Positions 60,913 to 64,000 of a stretch of DNA of 64,000 bases are shown here, piece by piece. The number at the start of each line of letters is the position of its first letter. The first letter of the stretch is position 1. Below the pieces are notes generated by a model that saw only the letters and a list, made by a program, of their open reading frames with translations, had not been told where the DNA came from and made no database searches. Origin of the DNA: a virus; the IMG/VR virus record IMGVR_UViG_3300005466_000026, positions 21,775 through 85,774 of that record. One strand, written 5' to 3'. A program made the position numbers and the translations under genes.

Positions 60913-63228
60913 TCACATGATTATCCAGTTTGTGCCGTCGCAGTAGACCATGACCTTGTTCGCGCCGCCGCCCGCCGCAGTCGCTCCTCTGGTAGAAGAG
61001 TTGCAGTCCGTGATGAACGTCGTGTGTCCGGCCCAGTGAGAAGCAGCGGCAGGTAGATCAGCGAACACGGACTTAGTGAATATGATATCTGGAACCGTGT
61101 AGGACCGCCACTGACCTACCTTGTCACCGACGAACTTCATCGTCCCGCTGTCGTTGGCCATGATGCCTCGACCGTAGAACTGCCCGGTCGGATCGGCCAG
61201 CGAGAACGAGATGGTGGCGTCTCCCGTTCCGCTGGTCTTGGTTAGCGTGCCGCCCGACAACACCGGGGGTTGAGCATTGAAGGCGTTCGTCGTAGTCTTC
61301 AGAGTCGTCCCGCCGGTGATCGTCTGCCACACCGTGAACGTGTAGACGCCGTCCGTGTAGGTCGCGCCAGCCGTCGCGTTCGCAGCGGAGACTGCGAACC
61401 ACCAGTCGGCGCCCGCCTGAATGTTGGTTCGACCAGCCAGAACGCGATCGACGTAGACAGGAGCTCCAGATCCAGTGTCGTTCGTGACCCACGAGTTGTT
61501 CAGTCCGCTCTGACCGAAGTAAGAGTTGCGCACGCAGCCGCCGTGCCACGAGTTGATGACGCCAGACAGACTGTACGTGCTGGTGATGTCATAGGTAGAC
61601 TGCGAGTAGGCCAGCGAGCCCGGCCCCGCGCCGAGATGCAGACCCCCGATCATGCAGATGCTCTGGAAGTTCGAGTAGCAGACGTTGTAGCTCTCAGATC
61701 GACACGAGACCATCGTGATGGTGTCACCTGCAGAATTGCTGCAGAGATAATCCCAAGCGCCGCTGTTGCCGACGCCGCACTGAAATCCCATGCCGCTGAC
61801 GACCGGAACAGAGCCATAGGGAACGTAGATGCCTGCTCCAGTGAAGGCCTGACAGTTACCGCCGTTGATGGTCTGCTGCAGACAGTTGAAGTTGTTATTC
61901 AGCCCGTTGCGGATGCAGTAGGTGTGCCAGATGAAGTGGCAGTTATCGATCATGTTCTCCGACATCTGCGACGTGTTGCTCGGACCGATCTCGATGCCGA
62001 CCTCGACCTCGAAGAACGCGCAGTTCTCGACCTTGTTCCCCTGACTCCCGACGAACGGCACGGAGCTGTTGAGACCGCCGCGCATGTCGAGCAGCAGCCC
62101 CTTGCCGCCAGCCGTCGAGTGTCCTCCGTTCGGTCCGCCCATCGCCAAGTCGCGAATAGTCGAGTAGTAGAAACCGTCGGTAGCAAGAGCAATGCTGCCC
62201 GGAACCACGCCCTGAATGAAACTCCCGTACTTACTCATGCCGAAGATCAGGCCGCCCGTCACGCCCGTCACGCTCAGACACGGCGTGCGACCAACGCCGC
62301 CAGTGGTGAAGGACGAGTAGGAGATCGTCTCGTCGGCGGTCGCTCTGGCGCTGAACGTGATCGTCGCGTCGCCCGTACCGCTGGTCTTCGTCAGCGTCGA
62401 GCCGCTGGTCGTCGCTCCCGCGGTCGCCGTCGTCACCAGCGTCAGCCCGCCAGCGATCGTAGAGGTCACCGTGTAGGTGACGCCGTTGTTCGTGTACGTC
62501 GCTCCAGCCGTGGCGTTGGCTGCAGTGACCGTGAAGGTATAAGTCACCGTGCCAGTACGAGTGAGAGTCCCACTCGCTGCTGGCGCGTTGCCAGCCAAGC
62601 CATTGAAGCGCGTCAGTCTGCAAGAGGTGCCAGCGACGACGGTAGCCGTGACGTTGAAAGTCGTGCTGTTGGTGATGTAGTTCTCGCCAGCGACAACGTC
62701 GATGCCGCTGCCAGCGAAAGTGTAGCTCAGCGAGTTGATGTAATACTGCTCTGCAGTCGTGAAGGTCTTGTTGCCGGTGTTGATCGACGCGATGTGTCGC
62801 GTGCCGTTGCTGTAGCCGTCCTGGTCGATGCCCTCTACGTAGATCGCCTTGCCGACGACGAGATCGGTGACGACCTCCGCGCAGGTGAACGTCAGATGTC
62901 CGGTGGTCGCTCCGCCGGCTCCGTCAGATATGACGTTGGTTATTGTCTTATTCGTCGCGAACGGAGTGACGAGATAGGTTCCCGGGGGGAAGTAGACGCC
63001 CTTGTTCAGGTTCGAGCTGAGATAGTTGGGTGAGGCTGACGTTCCGAACGCGGCGTCGAACGCAGCCTGGATGGCCGCCGTGTCGTCTGCCACGCCGTTT
63101 CCCAGCGCTCCGTAGTTCTTGACGTTGATCACGTCGGTGATCGTCGCGAACTGCCCGAGAGTCTTGTGCGGCGACCCGGTGCTCAGCAGCGGAATTAGAG
63201 TAGCGTTCTCTAGTGATTTAGTCACCAT
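60913..63228 (-). CDS. tailspike/depolymerase-like protein (Pectate_lyase_3 N-terminus, beta-helix)
   Basis: INVKNYGALGNGVADDTAAIQAAFD, VYFPPGTY; C-terminal ADLPAA...FITD...GGG...VYCDGTNW. Confidence 0.85.
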   Translation of the reverse strand: MVTKSLENATLIPLLSTGSPHKTLGQFATITDVINVKNYGALGNGVADDTAAIQAAFDAAFGTSASPNYLSSNLNKGVYFPPGTYLVTPFATNKTITNVISDGAGGATTGHLTFTCAEVVTDLVVGKAIYVEGIDQDGYSNGTRHIASINTGNKTFTTAEQYYINSLSYTFAGSGIDVVAGENYITNSTTFNVTATVVAGTSCRLTRFNGLAGNAPAASGTLTRTGTVTYTFTVTAANATAGATYTNNGVTYTVTSTIAGGLTLVTTATAGATTSGSTLTKTSGTGDATITFSARATADETISYSSFTTGGVGRTPCLSVTGVTGGLIFGMSKYGSFIQGVVPGSIALATDGFYYSTIRDLAMGGPNGGHSTAGGKGLLLDMRGGLNSSVPFVGSQGNKVENCAFFEVEVGIEIGPSNTSQMSENMIDNCHFIWHTYCIRNGLNNNFNCLQQTINGGNCQAFTGAGIYVPYGSVPVVSGMGFQCGVGNSGAWDYLCSNSAGDTITMVSCRSESYNVCYSNFQSICMIGGLHLGAGPGSLAYSQSTYDITSTYSLSGVINSWHGGCVRNSYFGQSGLNNSWVTNDTGSGAPVYVDRVLAGRTNIQAGADWWFAVSAANATAGATYTDGVYTFTVWQTITGGTTLKTTTNAFNAQPPVLSGGTLTKTSGTGDATISFSLADPTGQFYGRGIMANDSGTMKFVGDKVGQWRSYTVPDIIFTKSVFADLPAAASHWAGHTTFITDCNSSTRGATAAGGGANKVMVYCDGTNWIIM

Positions 63229-63229
63229 G

Positions 63230-63970
63230 TCACGTATCCCAGTAGGAGAAGCCGGTCGGCGGAGCGAAGCGGCACGACGTCGCTGCGGTCCTCATGTGAC
63301 CGCTGTTATCGCCGTTGTCGATCATCTGAGTCGCGGCGAACCACGTACCTGACGGAGACCAAGTGAAGACGGGATTGTTACCCGTCGCAGGATTAGATGG
63401 TCCCCATATTGGGGCCGTAACGCCAGCACCAGAATGCCAGTAGCCATACCAAGCCTTGCCGGAATCAAAGTCGGCGGCGAAGCACAGCACGTCAGCAAGA
63501 CCTAAGAAGTTGTCGCCGGCCGGTTCATTACCGACATTGTAAGTGACGCTCGCTCCTACGTCGCCGTTACCAACTCCGCTGCCGAACTCATTGCGGATCA
63601 CCCAGTGCAGGGCACCAGTCATAAAACTGTTCTGGTTGCCATCATTAATCGTGGCTCCCCAACAGACTTTATCGAATAGCGAGGCGAGCAGCCTGATGTG
63701 GATTTCCCAATAAACTTTCCCAGAAGTCTTGCCTGTAGTGCTGAGAGATTGGTTCCACTGGAGACTTGTAAGACCCTGCGAGCGCACCTGCCAATTGCTG
63801 TTGCTCAGAATAAGCGACGTTCCTGTTTTTGCCGGATCGAACGTCGTCGTCTGCGTCTCAGGAAAATTTCCCCAGAATAATTTTCGATTAAGAAAAACCG
63901 CGTCGTGTACGTCGAAAGAATTCCGCTGTCCGCCGTTGCTGAAAGAAAACTCTTTCAGAAACATATTCAT
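63230..63970 (-). CDS. SPRY/B30.2-domain virion protein
   Basis: LILSNSN, GKTSGKVYWEI, DVLCFAADFDSGKAWYG, PPTGFSYWD. Confidence 0.75.
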   Translation of the reverse strand: MNMFLKEFSFSNGGQRNSFDVHDAVFLNRKLFWGNFPETQTTTFDPAKTGTSLILSNSNWQVRSQGLTSLQWNQSLSTTGKTSGKVYWEIHIRLLASLFDKVCWGATINDGNQNSFMTGALHWVIRNEFGSGVGNGDVGASVTYNVGNEPAGDNFLGLADVLCFAADFDSGKAWYGYWHSGAGVTAPIWGPSNPATGNNPVFTWSPSGTWFAATQMIDNGDNSGHMRTAATSCRFAPPTGFSYWDT

Positions 63971-64000
63971 GCCATTGACGTCCCACCCGATGCGAATTGG

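Noticed and set aside
1-64000. tRNA, rRNA, integrase, terminase, portal or capsid genes
   Set aside because: None recognised by eye; head genes probably lie beyond position 64000. A tRNAscan-SE run would be needed to exclude tRNAs.

Overview
This window is about 64 kb of a high-GC tailed (siphovirus-type) phage genome. The host is probably an alphaproteobacterium, because the phage carries gcrA, an RHH_4-type regulator, GTA-like tail genes and a perfect CtrA box. Layout: (1) 1-8001, plus-strand accessory operon (Tat-signal protein, GNAT, TylF methyltransferase, hydrolase, RtcB, NrdR-like Zn ribbon, RHH, VRR-NUC nuclease, GcrA). (2) 8.0-16.15 kb, minus-strand small early-type genes. (3) 16.15-16.85 kb, non-coding control region. 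(4) 16.85-34.5 kb, minus-strand replication and DNA-modification block resembling YuA/M6-like phages: PolA, Nmad1, HD hydrolase, dUMP hydroxymethylase-type thymidylate synthase, UDG-like protein, P-loop kinase, WYL, radical SAM, a T4 beta-glucosyltransferase homolog, SAM methyltransferase, HNH, aGPT-Pplase1, exonuclease, UvrD, MazG-like, primase. (5) Divergent SNF2 helicase. (6) 36.5-64 kb, minus-strand late genes: extended lysis module, tail and neck genes, an 8-gene glycosyltransferase/methyltransferase cassette, a 1025-aa NQxDWPLP-repeat protein, a tailspike-like protein and a SPRY protein. Terminase, portal and capsid genes were not seen in the window. The two best candidates for an undescribed system are a 5-hmdU pathway with a BGT-like glycosyltransferase, radical SAM and methyltransferase (possible base-J-like glycosylated thymidine), and a probable virion-glycosylation cassette next to a repetitive scaffold protein. 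All family calls come from motif recognition by eye; no database search was run.
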